From assembly GCA_963625655.1 (NCBI GenBank), contig CAVFTS010000005.1, positions 1,025 through 65,024 of the forward strand: a stretch of DNA of 64,000 bases. Reading direction: 5' to 3'. The translations under genes were made by a program, and so were the position numbers. Under the pieces are notes generated by a model. That model saw nothing but the letters and a program-made list of their open reading frames with translations. It had not been told where the DNA came from and did not search any database. This document shows positions 29,090 to 39,567 of this stretch, piece by piece (positions within the stretch are counted from its first letter, which is position 1; each line of letters opens with the position of its first letter). The stretch comes from Oscillospiraceae bacterium (GTDB lineage Bacteria > Bacillota > Clostridia > Oscillospirales > Oscillospiraceae).

Positions 29090-30344
29090 GCCGATAAAAA
29101 AAGTCTTTAACAGCAAAATATTTTGGATGATAATTTCTCTTGTCTGCTCCGTGCTGCTTTGGGCGTATGTTTCGGATCAGGAGGGGACAATCGTTGAAAA
29201 GACCTATGCCGGTATCCGTGTCGAGTTTGAAGGCTCGGAACAGCTCACGGGCAGAAATCTTTCGATAATGAAAAGCGACTACAGCTCGGTTTCGATAAGG
29301 GTCAGCGGCACGAGGAGCGAGCTTGCAAAGCTCAGCGCCTCTGCGATAAAGGCCGTCGTCGACGTGTCGAACATAACCCAGCCGAACGAGGTGGAGCTTT
29401 CCTATGAGATAGTATTTCCCAGCAATGTCGACGCAAACAATATTACGGTCCTGCGCAAGTCGCCGGACACCGTCAATCTCACGATCGTCAAAAATGCCAC
29501 CAAGACCGTGAATATCCGTGCAAGCTTCGACGGTGAGATCGCCGAGGGCGGTGTTGCCGAGGATATTGTGATTTATCCCGAAACCGTCACCGTGAGCGGC
29601 CCCGAGGATATCCTCAACAAGATTGAATACGCATGGGTGTCCTTCGGCGAGAATAAGACCATTGAATCCACATACAGCGTGGATACCGGGGTCAGCTTCA
29701 TGGATAAGGACGGAAACCTCCTGCCGATAGAGGAAACCAAGTATCTTAACTGGTCGCCGAGGACCGTCAGTGTCACGCAGCCGATACTCAAGACCAAGGA
29801 GGTTCCGCTGACCGTCAACTTCATAGCCGGCGGCGGCGCCACAAAGGACGACTGCGTTTACACCATCGAGCCGCAGAAAACGATTAAGATTGCAGGCGAC
29901 TCCGAGATAGTGGACGAGATCAACAGCATAGAGGTCGGAACCATTGATTTGGCTTCGTTTGTGGATTCGGACGTGTACAACTTTGCGATAACGCTGCCGG
30001 ACGGGGTGCAGAATATCGACGGGCTGACCGAGGCTCGTGTCAGGGTCGAGATACCCGGAATGCACACCAAGCGATTTGTTACCGATAACATCTCGTTTAA
30101 AAACGTCACGTCCGGCTACAGTGCAACGATTGACACGAAGGAGCTTGAGATAACGCTTCGTTCGAGCAATCCGGAGGTGCTGGCTAAGATAAGCAGCAGC
30201 GACATAAGCGTCGTCGTCGACCTCAAGGATTACGATGCGACGGTAGGTCAGGTAATGGCGGTCGCAAAGGTGACGGTGAGAGGTCACGAAAACGTCGGAG
30301 CGGTAGGAGACCTGCGGGTCACCGTAACGCTGTCACGAGATTAG
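29079..30344 (+). CDS. cdaR: CdaR (YbbR domain-containing regulator of CdaA)
   Basis: It has an N-terminal TM segment and four repeated YbbR-like beta modules. It overlaps cdaA by 11 nt. Confidence 0.85.
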   Translation: MKSKPIKKVFNSKIFWMIISLVCSVLLWAYVSDQEGTIVEKTYAGIRVEFEGSEQLTGRNLSIMKSDYSSVSIRVSGTRSELAKLSASAIKAVVDVSNITQPNEVELSYEIVFPSNVDANNITVLRKSPDTVNLTIVKNATKTVNIRASFDGEIAEGGVAEDIVIYPETVTVSGPEDILNKIEYAWVSFGENKTIESTYSVDTGVSFMDKDGNLLPIEETKYLNWSPRTVSVTQPILKTKEVPLTVNFIAGGGATKDDCVYTIEPQKTIKIAGDSEIVDEINSIEVGTIDLASFVDSDVYNFAITLPDGVQNIDGLTEARVRVEIPGMHTKRFVTDNISFKNVTSGYSATIDTKELEITLRSSNPEVLAKISSSDISVVVDLKDYDATVGQVMAVAKVTVRGHENVGAVGDLRVTVTLSRD

Positions 30345-30362
30345 TACGAAAGGAATTTTTTA

Positions 30363-30770
30363 ATGACACAGGATGCAGTGGTAACAAAGGTCTTTCCCAA
30401 CGGTATGGCCGAGGTCGCCGTCACACGAGGCACCGCCTGCGGCAGCAACTGCGGCAACTGCGAAAGCTGCGTTTTCCAAAGCGAGCTCAAAGCATTTGCA
30501 AAAAACAGCGTCAACGCAAGGCCCGGAGAAAAGGTCGTTATCGAGACCCTTTCCTCAAGGATCTTTGCCGCAACTCTGATAGTGTATATCTTTCCGCTTG
30601 CCATGCTTCTCGTCGGCTACCTTGTGGCGGCGTCGATAGGACTTGGCGAGGGAATGAGTATACTGCTTTGCTTCTGCTTTTTTGCCGTTGCCGTTGCGGG
30701 AGTAGTAATATACCAGCGCCGCTCAAAAAAGAAAAACCCGATCAAATTCGAGATCACCGGCTTACGTTGA
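30363..30770 (+). CDS. RseC/MucC (SoxR-reducing system) family protein
   Basis: It has the N-terminal beta domain with the Cys cluster CGSNCGNCESC, followed by two TM helices. This is the classic RseC layout. Confidence 0.8.
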   Translation: MTQDAVVTKVFPNGMAEVAVTRGTACGSNCGNCESCVFQSELKAFAKNSVNARPGEKVVIETLSSRIFAATLIVYIFPLAMLLVGYLVAASIGLGEGMSILLCFCFFAVAVAGVVIYQRRSKKKNPIKFEITGLR

Positions 30771-30785
30771 GGAGGGGGGATACGG

Positions 30786-31664
30786 ATGATAAAAAGCATG
30801 ACCGGCTTCGGCAGCGCAAAGGGCGTTGTCGAAGGCATAGAGATCACCGTGGAGCTTAAAAGCGTCAACAATCGCTATCTTGACACATCGGTCAGGCTCC
30901 CAAGGAACTTCCTCTTTGCCGAGGAAGCGATAAAAGCCGCCGTGCAGTCGCACATCAGCCGAGGCAAGGTAGACGTTTTCGTTACCGTCAACAGCTCAGG
31001 TGCAGACGATGTTGCGGTTTGCATAAACGAGACGCTTCTTAAAGGCTATGTCGAAGCCTTAAACCGCATTTCGGAGGAATACTCCGTGCCTGCCGACTTA
31101 AATGCGCTTGCCCTCAGCCGCTTTCCGGACGTACTCAGCGTCGAGAAAAAGGAGCTTGATTCCGACAGGCTCACGGAGGGGATACGAGAGATCGCCGAGG
31201 CCGCACTTTGCGATTTTGACGCAATGCGTACCCGTGAGGGTGAAAAGCTTCGGGCGGACGTGCTGTCAAAGCTCGACACTATTGCAACTCTCGTCTCCGG
31301 CGTTGAGGAAAAGGCTCCTCAGACCGTTGCGGATTACCGCCGCCGTCTGACGCAGAAGATGACGGAGGTCCTCGAAACCGCAGGTATCGATGAGAGCCGT
31401 ATACTTACCGAGGCGGCCGTGTTTGCGGACAAGGTCGCCGTGGACGAGGAAACCGTCCGTCTCCGCAGTCATATGTCGCAGCTCGCAATCATGATAAACG
31501 GCGATTCTCCCACAGGCAGGAAGATAGACTTCCTCATTCAGGAGTTTAACCGTGAGGCAAATACCATAGGCTCTAAGTGTCAGAACTCCGAGATTGCATA
31601 TCTGGTCGTGGACATCAAGTCCGAGATTGAAAAGATCCGTGAACAGATACAGAACATCGAATGA
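30786..31664 (+). CDS. yicC: YicC/YloC family endoribonuclease
   Basis: It has the N-terminus MIKSMTGFG, VELKSVNNRYLD, and the C-terminal EFNREANTIGSK. Confidence 0.92.
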   Translation: MIKSMTGFGSAKGVVEGIEITVELKSVNNRYLDTSVRLPRNFLFAEEAIKAAVQSHISRGKVDVFVTVNSSGADDVAVCINETLLKGYVEALNRISEEYSVPADLNALALSRFPDVLSVEKKELDSDRLTEGIREIAEAALCDFDAMRTREGEKLRADVLSKLDTIATLVSGVEEKAPQTVADYRRRLTQKMTEVLETAGIDESRILTEAAVFADKVAVDEETVRLRSHMSQLAIMINGDSPTGRKIDFLIQEFNREANTIGSKCQNSEIAYLVVDIKSEIEKIREQIQNIE

Positions 31665-31667
31665 GAG

Positions 31668-31937
31668 GTGACGGTCATAAGGCTTGTTAACATAGGCTTT
31701 GGCAATATGCTGTCCGCCGAAAGGATACTGGCGATAATAAGCCCCGAATCGGCACCTATAAAGCGAATGGTGCAGGATGTCAGGGAAAAGGGACTGCTTA
31801 TAGACGCATCCTTCGGCAGAAGCACAAAGTCGGTAATAATAATGGACAGCGGAAATGTAGTACTTTCAGCGCTTGCGGCAGATGTTCTCACCGCAAGAAT
31901 AACCGAAAAAAACGAGGAAGGAACTGAAAATGGCTAA
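31668..31937 (+). CDS. remA: RemA/DUF370 family regulator
   Basis: It has [32 protein letters not shown]....[10 protein letters not shown], near-identical in pattern to Bacillus RemA. The GTG start is 3 nt after the yicC stop. Confidence 0.9.
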   Translation: MTVIRLVNIGFGNMLSAERILAIISPESAPIKRMVQDVREKGLLIDASFGRSTKSVIIMDSGNVVLSALAADVLTARITEKNEEGTENG

Positions 31938-32532
31938 ACAAAGGGGAAAATTGATAGTAATATCCGGACCCTCCGGCGCCGGGAAAAGCACCGTTGTGTC
32001 CAAAGCTTTGGAGGGACGCAGCGACGTATGCTTCTCCGTATCCGTGACGACGAGAAAGCCCCGTCCGAACGAGATCGACGGCAAAGCGTATTTCTTCGTT
32101 GACCTTGACAGGTTCAGAGAGATGGTCGAAAACGGCGAGCTGCTTGAGCATGCCGAGTACGTCGCCAACTCTTACGGTACGCCGAGAGCCTACGTTGAGA
32201 AAAAGCTCGACGAGGGCATGAACGTCCTGCTTGACATAGAGGTTCAGGGCGCACGTCAGGTACATGAAAAGATGCCCGATGCGGTGATGATATTCATTAT
32301 CCCGCCCTCCATGGAGATACTTGAGAATCGCCTCAGAGGCAGAGGTACCGATTCAGAGCGCAAGATTGAAGCAAGGCTCATCCGTGCAAAGCAGGAGTAT
32401 GCCGAGGCCGATTTCTATGACTACATCATCATCAACGACGATGCCGATAAGGCAGCCGCCGAGTTCTCTGCGATCATTACTGCGGAGAACTGCAAATATG
32501 AATTGAGAAAAAACATTTTAAGTGAGGTCTGA
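31930..32532 (+). CDS. gmk: Guanylate kinase
   Basis: It has [23 protein letters not shown] and the LEHAEY pattern. Confidence 0.95.
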   Translation: MAKQRGKLIVISGPSGAGKSTVVSKALEGRSDVCFSVSVTTRKPRPNEIDGKAYFFVDLDRFREMVENGELLEHAEYVANSYGTPRAYVEKKLDEGMNVLLDIEVQGARQVHEKMPDAVMIFIIPPSMEILENRLRGRGTDSERKIEARLIRAKQEYAEADFYDYIIINDDADKAAAEFSAIITAENCKYELRKNILSEV

Positions 32533-32537
32533 TTATT

Positions 32538-32729
32538 ATGATGCTTTATCCGCCCGTTGCCGAGCTTGTTGAGAAAGTCGGCAGCCGTTACCAGCTTGTT
32601 AACCTTGTCGCCAGAAGAGCAAGAGCCATTTCCCAAGAAGCGGAGACCGAGGGCATTATCCTTGAAAAGAAGCCCGTTTCCGCAGCGATTGACGAGGTCT
32701 ACACCGGAAAACTCGGAATAGATAATTGA
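32538..32729 (+). CDS. rpoZ: DNA-directed RNA polymerase subunit omega
   Basis: The 63-aa product has SRYQLVNLVARRAR and sits in the conserved gmk-rpoZ position. Confidence 0.9.
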   Translation: MMLYPPVAELVEKVGSRYQLVNLVARRARAISQEAETEGIILEKKPVSAAIDEVYTGKLGIDN

Positions 32730-32737
32730 TTTTTATC

Positions 32738-32767
32738 AGCGGAGCTTTTTAACTCCGCTGTGTTTTA
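32738..32767 (+). terminator. Rho-independent terminator after rpoZ
   Basis: Stem CAGCGGAG/CTCCGCTG with an 8-nt loop, then TGTTTT. Confidence 0.7.
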
Positions 32768-32788
32768 GCGCTTACGGAGGTGTACGGC

Positions 32789-35041
32789 ATGTCGGAAAAG
32801 CAAATAGCAAAGCTTGCGGTTTCCGCTGCCGCATACTGGATAGACAAGCCCTACGACTATCTTGTCCCGGAAAAATACCGTGGTGAGATATGCCCGGGTA
32901 TGCGTGTGCTTGTGCCGTTTTCAAGGGGCAACAGGCGATGCGAAGCCATCGTTTTGAGCATGTCCGATGAGAGCGAATACTCGGAGCTGAAGGCAATCGA
33001 CAGACCGCTTGACGAAAAGCCCGTACTCACACCGGAGCAGATAAAGCTTGCGCTTTGGATGCACGATAGGTACTTCTGTACCGTGTACGATTCAGTCAAG
33101 GCGATGCTTCCGGCGGGACTGTGGTTTTCAGCCGACGGCAAACGCAAGGCGTCGGACAAGACTTGCGAAATGCTCACACTGACCGCTCCGACGGAAGACA
33201 TACTTGCAATTGCGCAGGGACGCAAGCGCAAAGCGCCGATGCAGTCTGCGCTGCTTGAGCTGCTGTGTCAGACGGGATGCGTGTCGTCCAAGGAGCTGCT
33301 GAGCTTTACGGGAGCATCACGCCAGTCACTCAAGGCGCTCATAAACGAAGGACTTGTTGCCACACAGACGGTCGAGGTGTTCCGCAGACCGGGGGAGTGG
33401 GTCGGAGAAACGCTGCCGATGCCTGTTTTGAACTCGGAGCAGGAATCGGCATACAAGGGCATGAACAAGCTGCTTTGCAGCCAAAAAGCCGCAGCAGCGC
33501 TCCTTTTCGGCGTTACGGGGAGCGGCAAGACCTCCGTTTATATCCACCTGATAAACAGCGCTCTCAGCCTTGGCAAAACGGCAATATTGCTTGTCCCGGA
33601 GATTGCACTCACTCCGCAAATGCTCAGTACATTTTCATCGCACTTCGGCAACGAGGTCGCCGTCCTGCACAGCAGTCTGTCCGTTGGCGAAAGATACGAC
33701 GAATGGAAGCGGGTCAAGAACGGATCGGCAAAACTCGTCATAGGAACGAGGAGCGCAGTCTTTGCCCCGTGCGAAAATCTCGGTCTTGTGATAATCGACG
33801 AGGAGCAGGTCGACAGCTATAAGTCGGAAAACTCTCCGAGATACCACGCAAGGGAGATTGCGAAGTACCGCTGCGCAAGAAGCGATGCTTTGCTTGTACT
33901 CGGCTCCGCAACGCCGGACGTCGAGAGTATGTATGCCGCCCGAAAGGGGCGCTACAGTCTTTTCGAGATGCACGAGCGCTATAACGAAATGCAGCTACCG
34001 GACGTGCGCATAGTCGATATGCGCAGGGAGCTTAGACGGGGACGAGGCGGGAACCTCAGTCTTGAACTGCAAAATGAGCTGTCGGCAAACCTCAGCCGCA
34101 ATGAGCAGAGCATACTGTTCATTAACCGCCGGGGAGCAAACAAGCTCATAAGCTGTCCCGACTGCGGCTATGTCTACAAGTGTCCGAATTGCAGCGTTAC
34201 GCTGACATATCACAGCTCAAAGCGCCGCCTTATCTGCCACTACTGCGGCTACACCCGTCCGCCCGACAGCGGCTGCCCGGACTGCGGCGGACTGCTCAGC
34301 TTTATCGGTGCCGGAACTCAGCTCATTGAGGATGAGCTTAAAGCTCTGTACCCCGACACGGAGATACTCCGCATGGACACGGACACAGTTCGGGAGTCCG
34401 GCTCACACGATGTTCTTTTAAAGCGATTTGAAAAAAAGAAGATCCCGATAATGGTCGGCACGCAAATGGTCACCAAGGGACTCAACTTTGAAAACGTCAC
34501 GCTTATCGGCGTACTGTCGGCCGATCAAAGCCTGTACTGCGGCGACTATCGTTCCGGGGAACGGACATTCTCGCTTATAACGCAGGTCATCGGGCGCTGC
34601 GGCAGAGGCAAAAAGCCCGGCCGTGCGATAATTCAGAGCTTTACTCCCGAAAACGAGATAATAAAGCTTGCCGCAGAGCAAAACTACGAAAAGTTTTTTG
34701 AGACCGAACTTCGGCTTCGCAGCTTTCAGGAAACACCGCCGTATTCGGACATAATCGCCATCACCGCATCCGGCGTTGAGGAGGGTACGGTGCTGCGCTG
34801 CTGCGGAGATATTAAGAAGCTTCTGACGGTTTCGCTCATAAGCCGAGCCGACGCACGAATACTCGGGCCGGCGCCGCTGAGCGTCGTCAAGGTCAACAAC
34901 CGATACAGATATAGAATCAACTTAAATTGCAGAGCGGACGCCGAAATGCGGCGCATAGTTTCCGCCGTTTTGATAAAATGCAACTCGTCCGGGGCGTATA
35001 AAGGCGTAAGCATTTATGCGGACAACAATCCTCTGGACTGA
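32789..35041 (+). CDS. priA: Primosomal protein N' (replication restart helicase)
   Basis: It has Walker A GVTGSGKT, DEEQ, the Cys4 zinc cluster region (CPDCG...CPNC...CHYCG...CPDCG), and GRCGRG. The start is ATG 32789 with a GGAGG SD. Confidence 0.94.
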   Translation: MSEKQIAKLAVSAAAYWIDKPYDYLVPEKYRGEICPGMRVLVPFSRGNRRCEAIVLSMSDESEYSELKAIDRPLDEKPVLTPEQIKLALWMHDRYFCTVYDSVKAMLPAGLWFSADGKRKASDKTCEMLTLTAPTEDILAIAQGRKRKAPMQSALLELLCQTGCVSSKELLSFTGASRQSLKALINEGLVATQTVEVFRRPGEWVGETLPMPVLNSEQESAYKGMNKLLCSQKAAAALLFGVTGSGKTSVYIHLINSALSLGKTAILLVPEIALTPQMLSTFSSHFGNEVAVLHSSLSVGERYDEWKRVKNGSAKLVIGTRSAVFAPCENLGLVIIDEEQVDSYKSENSPRYHAREIAKYRCARSDALLVLGSATPDVESMYAARKGRYSLFEMHERYNEMQLPDVRIVDMRRELRRGRGGNLSLELQNELSANLSRNEQSILFINRRGANKLISCPDCGYVYKCPNCSVTLTYHSSKRRLICHYCGYTRPPDSGCPDCGGLLSFIGAGTQLIEDELKALYPDTEILRMDTDTVRESGSHDVLLKRFEKKKIPIMVGTQMVTKGLNFENVTLIGVLSADQSLYCGDYRSGERTFSLITQVIGRCGRGKKPGRAIIQSFTPENEIIKLAAEQNYEKFFETELRLRSFQETPPYSDIIAITASGVEEGTVLRCCGDIKKLLTVSLISRADARILGPAPLSVVKVNNRYRYRINLNCRADAEMRRIVSAVLIKCNSSGAYKGVSIYADNNPLD

Positions 35042-35056
35042 TAAAGGAGAGACAGG

Positions 35057-35560
35057 ATGGCACTCAGAAACATAGTTACGAAGGAAGACCCCATACTTTA
35101 CAAGCCTTCGAGAGAAGTAAAGCAGTTCAACATACGCCTTCAGCAGCTTTTGGACGACATGGCGGAAACTCTGGAAAAATCCTGCGGAGTGGGACTTGCC
35201 GCCGTCCAGGTCGGCGTCCTGCGCCGTGCCGTGCTTGTTCTTGAAACGAACGTCGAGGAAGAGGAAGATGAACACATAATCGAATTCATTAACCCTGAAA
35301 TCATCGAGGTCGAAGGCGAGCAGACGGGAGCCGAGGGCTGTCTCAGCGTTCCCGGAGAGTACGGACTTGTGAGCCGCCCCATGCGTGTAAAGGCAAGGGC
35401 GCAGAACAGATACGGCGCTTGGTTTGAGTATGAGGGCACCGGTCTTACCGCACGCTGCATGTGCCACGAATTCGACCATCTTGACGGACACCTGTTCCTT
35501 GAAAAATGTGAAAGAATGCTGACCGAGGAAGAAATCAACGGCGGCAGCGAAGAGAAATAA
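35057..35560 (+). CDS. def: Peptide deformylase
   Basis: It has GVGLAAVQVG, EGCLSVPG and HEFDHLDG. Confidence 0.96.
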   Translation: MALRNIVTKEDPILYKPSREVKQFNIRLQQLLDDMAETLEKSCGVGLAAVQVGVLRRAVLVLETNVEEEEDEHIIEFINPEIIEVEGEQTGAEGCLSVPGEYGLVSRPMRVKARAQNRYGAWFEYEGTGLTARCMCHEFDHLDGHLFLEKCERMLTEEEINGGSEEK

Positions 35561-35561
35561 T

Positions 35562-36485
35562 ATGCGTATAGTTTTTATGGGTACCCCCGACTTTGCGGCG
35601 GCGTCGCTGCAAAAGCTGATAGATGAAAAATACGATATTGCGGCCGTGTTTACGCAGCCGGACAAGCCCCGAAACAGAGGAATGAGTCTTTCCTTCAGCC
35701 CGGTCAAGGAGCTTGCTCTGCAAAACGATCTTGACGTTTACCAGCCTACGAAGCTGCGTGACGGCAGCTTTACCGAGCTTCTGCGCTCACTCAGGCCGGA
35801 CGTTCTTGTGGTCGTCGCCTACGGCAGGATACTGCCTGAGGGCGCACTTTCGGTCCCGACCTACGGCGCCGTAAACGTTCACTCCTCGCTGCTTCCCAAG
35901 TACAGGGGATCTGCTCCCGTGCAGTGGGCAGTTTTAAACGGCGATACCGAGACCGGTGTTTCGACCATGTACCTTGCCCCCGAAATGGACACAGGAGACG
36001 TGATCTTTACCGAAAAAACGGAGATCGGTGAATTTGAAACCTCCGGCGAGCTGTTTGACAGGCTGATGGTCATGGGCGCCGAGCTGCTTCACCAAACGCT
36101 GTGTGCGATAGAAAACGGCACTGCGCCGAGGACGAAGCAGGACGAAAGTAAGGCAAGCTACGTTACCATGCTCGATAAATCCATGTCACCCATCGACTGG
36201 AGCCGCAGTCCGAGAGAGATTGTAAAGCGCATATGCGGACTTCAGCCGTGGCCCGTGGCAACGACCGATATCGGCGGAGCTACGTTCAGAATATTCAAAG
36301 CCGTGTACACCGACACCGTGACCGACAAAGCACCCGGAACGGTGGTCGCAGCCGATAAAAAGGGAATCGAAATTGCCTGTGGCGGCGCTCACACGCTTCT
36401 CATAACCGAGCTTCAGGCTCCCGGAAAAAAGAGGATGCGTGCCGCCGACTATCTGCTTGGACATCCGATAAAGGTCGAGGTCTGA
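35562..36485 (+). CDS. fmt: Methionyl-tRNA formyltransferase
   Basis: It has MRIVFMGTPDFA, NVHSSLLPKYRG.AP, and a C-terminal beta-barrel domain. Confidence 0.95.
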   Translation: MRIVFMGTPDFAAASLQKLIDEKYDIAAVFTQPDKPRNRGMSLSFSPVKELALQNDLDVYQPTKLRDGSFTELLRSLRPDVLVVVAYGRILPEGALSVPTYGAVNVHSSLLPKYRGSAPVQWAVLNGDTETGVSTMYLAPEMDTGDVIFTEKTEIGEFETSGELFDRLMVMGAELLHQTLCAIENGTAPRTKQDESKASYVTMLDKSMSPIDWSRSPREIVKRICGLQPWPVATTDIGGATFRIFKAVYTDTVTDKAPGTVVAADKKGIEIACGGAHTLLITELQAPGKKRMRAADYLLGHPIKVEV

Positions 36486-36486
36486 T

Positions 36487-37785
36487 ATGCCCGATAACTC
36501 AAGACTCGCAGCGTTGGACGCACTTGAAAAGTGCCGCCGCAGCGCCGCATGGACGACGGAAGCCATTGATACCGCAATAAAAAAGCATAAGCTTGACACA
36601 CGCTCCGCTGCCTTGGCATCGCACATCTTCCTCGGGGTGATGCAGAATCTGAGCCTGTGTGACTTCTATATTGACGCATTTTCAAAGTCCGATATTGAGC
36701 CGAAGGTGCGTGATATACTGCGCTGCGCCGTGTATCAGACAATCCTTATGGAGCGCATCCCCGACAGCGCCGCCGTCAACGAGGCGGTAAAGCTCACGAA
36801 AAGCACAGGCTTTTCAAGAGCTTCCGGCTTTGTCAATGCGGTATTGCGAAAAATAGTGTCGCAAAAAGATTGCCTACCGGATATCCCCGGTTGCCCCTCC
36901 GCCGAGTACCTTTCGGTACGGTACAGCCACCCCTTGTGGCTCGTTCGACGGATCATCGACGAAAAGGGTTACGACTTTGCCGAGTCCTATTTTGCGGCAA
37001 ACAATGCCGTACCTGAGCTTGCACTTCAGGTGAACACCCTGAAAACGAGCCTTGAGGCCTTGTGCGAAAGCGGCTTTGAATTTGTCCCGCATGCAAAGCT
37101 TGATAACTGCATACTGCCTCAGAATCTCAGGGGGAGCATTGCCGAGACCGAGGAGTTTCGCAAGGGACTTTTCTATGTTCAGGACCCGGCGGCACGCTGT
37201 GCCGTGTCGGTCATGGGACTGCGTCCGGGAGACAGAGTCTTGGACGCATGTGCGGCCCCCGGCGGCAAAAGCTTTGCGGCGGCTGTCGAAATGAAAAACA
37301 ACGGCAGTATACTGTCGTGCGACATACATGAAAAGAAGCTGAAGCGGATAGAGGACGGAGCAAAGCGACTCGGCATTGATATTATCAGTACCCGTTGTGC
37401 CGATGCACGAGACCTTGACTGCGTCGGGTTTGACGCAGTCATCTGCGACGTGCCGTGTTCCGGCTTGGGCGTTATCCGCAAAAAGCCCGACATTCGCTTC
37501 AAAAGTGAGGAGAGCATTGCCGCTTTGCCGGAGATACAGCTTGACATTCTGCGCAACGTCTCGTCTGCCGTTAAGCCCGGAGGCGTGCTTATGTACTCCA
37601 CCTGCACCGTGCTTCGTGAGGAAAATGAGAATGTCATAGCGGCTTTTCTTAATGAAAACCCTAACTTTTCTGCGGAAGCCTTTGAACTTCCTTTCGGCCC
37701 TGCGCCGCAGGGATACTACACATTTTGGCCGAATGTTGACAATTCGGACGGTTTCTTTATCTGTAAGCTCAGGAGAGTGAAATGA
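36487..37785 (+). CDS. rsmB: 16S rRNA (cytosine967-C5)-methyltransferase
   Basis: It has a NusB-like N-domain, the SAM site DACAAPGGKS, the catalytic DVPCSGLG, and YSTCT. Confidence 0.92.
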   Translation: MPDNSRLAALDALEKCRRSAAWTTEAIDTAIKKHKLDTRSAALASHIFLGVMQNLSLCDFYIDAFSKSDIEPKVRDILRCAVYQTILMERIPDSAAVNEAVKLTKSTGFSRASGFVNAVLRKIVSQKDCLPDIPGCPSAEYLSVRYSHPLWLVRRIIDEKGYDFAESYFAANNAVPELALQVNTLKTSLEALCESGFEFVPHAKLDNCILPQNLRGSIAETEEFRKGLFYVQDPAARCAVSVMGLRPGDRVLDACAAPGGKSFAAAVEMKNNGSILSCDIHEKKLKRIEDGAKRLGIDIISTRCADARDLDCVGFDAVICDVPCSGLGVIRKKPDIRFKSEESIAALPEIQLDILRNVSSAVKPGGVLMYSTCTVLREENENVIAAFLNENPNFSAEAFELPFGPAPQGYYTFWPNVDNSDGFFICKLRRVK

Positions 37786-38813
37786 AGAACATAAAATCAA
37801 TGCTGCCGGAGGAGATCGCAGCCGATTTTCAACAGCTGGGACTGCCCAAGTACCGGGCAAAGCAGGTTTTTCGCTGGCTCGGCAGGGGAGTTGGCTCCTT
37901 TGAGGAAATGAGCGATCTGCCCAAGGATCTGCGCCGGAGGCTCGGTGAGGAATACGCCATATACAAGCCCAAGGTGATCGGAAAGCAGGTCTCAAAGCTT
38001 GACGGTACTATCAAGTACCTGTGGGAGCTTTACGACGGCAACGCCGTTGAAACGGTCGTTATGAGCTATAAGCACGGCAACACGGTCTGCGTTTCCTCGC
38101 AGGTCGGATGCCGTCAGGGCTGCGCCTTCTGCGCCTCGACCATAGGCGGTCTTGTCCGCTGCCTTGAGCCGTGCGAAATCCTCGACGAGGTCATATTTTC
38201 TCAGCTCGATTCGGGCAAGCCCATATCAAACATTGTGCTTATGGGCATAGGCGAGCCTCTTGACAATTACGATAACGTAATCCGCTTCCTGCGGCTTGTT
38301 AATCATCCTGACGGTATGAACATCGGCATGCGCCATATATCGCTCTCGACCTGCGGTATCATCGAGCGCTTTGACGATCTTGCGTTACTCGATTTGCAGC
38401 TCACGCTCTCGGTGTCGCTGCACGCTCCCGACGATGAGACCCGCTCAAAGCTCATGCCCGCAAACCGAGGCAGGGGAGTCGATGCTCTTATGAGCGCCTG
38501 CCGCCGCTACTACGACGTAACGGGGCGCAGAATTTCCTTTGAATATGCGATGATCGACGGTGTAAACGACACGGAGTTTCATGCGCACCTCTTGGCAAAG
38601 CGGGCAAAAAGCGTGTCGGCGCATGTAAATCTAATACCGCTCAACCATGTTGAAGAACGCCGTTTTTGCCCGTCAACGCAAGGGCATATGAAGGCATTTA
38701 TAAAAATCCTTGAGGACGAAGGCGTAAATGTGACCGTAAGAAGAAAGCTCGGCGGTGACGTGGACGCTTCCTGCGGTCAGCTGCGCAGAAAGATGCAGAA
38801 AGCAGAGGGATAA
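37782..38813 (+). CDS. rlmN: 23S rRNA (adenine2503-C2)-methyltransferase (radical SAM)
   Basis: It has YRAKQVF.W, the CRQGCAFCAS cluster, GMGEP-like GIGEPLDN, and the C-terminal CGQL. Confidence 0.95.
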   Translation: MKNIKSMLPEEIAADFQQLGLPKYRAKQVFRWLGRGVGSFEEMSDLPKDLRRRLGEEYAIYKPKVIGKQVSKLDGTIKYLWELYDGNAVETVVMSYKHGNTVCVSSQVGCRQGCAFCASTIGGLVRCLEPCEILDEVIFSQLDSGKPISNIVLMGIGEPLDNYDNVIRFLRLVNHPDGMNIGMRHISLSTCGIIERFDDLALLDLQLTLSVSLHAPDDETRSKLMPANRGRGVDALMSACRRYYDVTGRRISFEYAMIDGVNDTEFHAHLLAKRAKSVSAHVNLIPLNHVEERRFCPSTQGHMKAFIKILEDEGVNVTVRRKLGGDVDASCGQLRRKMQKAEG

Positions 38814-38815
38814 AT

Positions 38816-39553
38816 ATGAAAAGCTTTGGTATCACCGACAAGGGGAAGGTAAGAGCCGAAAATCAGGACAGCTATATAATCGAAAATTGCAGCCGCCGCA
38901 AATGCGTCGTAGCAGTCATTTGCGACGGCATGGGCGGCGCTAAGGCGGGTGATCTTGCGAGCAGGCTCTCCTGTAAGGAGTTTGTCGGCCGCATATACGA
39001 TGCTTTGATCTCGTCTCAGTACTTTCCCGAGAACAACGAAAAGCTTTTGCTTGAAAGCTGTGCGGACGCAAACGGCGTCGTTTACGAATATTCCGGCTTT
39101 GAGCCGGACTACAAGGGCATGGGAACAACGCTTGTCGGCGGGATCATTACCCGAAAGAAGGCGCAGCTTGTTAACGTCGGCGACAGCCGTGCATATAAGC
39201 TGAGCGGCAGCGGGATAACGCAAATTACAAGGGATCACTCCTATGTCGAGGAGCTTGTCGCAATGGGCGCAATCACCAAGGCGGATGCGAGAAAGCACCC
39301 GAAGAAGAACGTCATAACGAGGGCGCTCGGCGTTGAGCCTACCGTTAAGGCGGACTACTACGACGTTTCGCTCGGCCGTGGGGACTGCATTCTGCTTTGC
39401 TCGGACGGGCTCAGCAACATGGTCAGCGATATTGAGATGTTCAGCGCATACAAATCGGCAAAAACGCCGGAGCAGATTTGCAGAGAGCTTGTTGACATTG
39501 CTCTCAGCCGTGGCGCCCGTGACAACGTTTCCGTTGTTGCGATAAAGAATTGA
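38816..39553 (+). CDS. stp: Stp1/PrpC-type PP2C Ser/Thr phosphatase
   Basis: It has TDKG..R..NQDS, DGMGG, GDSR.Y and CSDGL. Confidence 0.92.
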   Translation: MKSFGITDKGKVRAENQDSYIIENCSRRKCVVAVICDGMGGAKAGDLASRLSCKEFVGRIYDALISSQYFPENNEKLLLESCADANGVVYEYSGFEPDYKGMGTTLVGGIITRKKAQLVNVGDSRAYKLSGSGITQITRDHSYVEELVAMGAITKADARKHPKKNVITRALGVEPTVKADYYDVSLGRGDCILLCSDGLSNMVSDIEMFSAYKSAKTPEQICRELVDIALSRGARDNVSVVAIKN

Positions 39554-39567
39554 TGTAGGTGCGGCTT

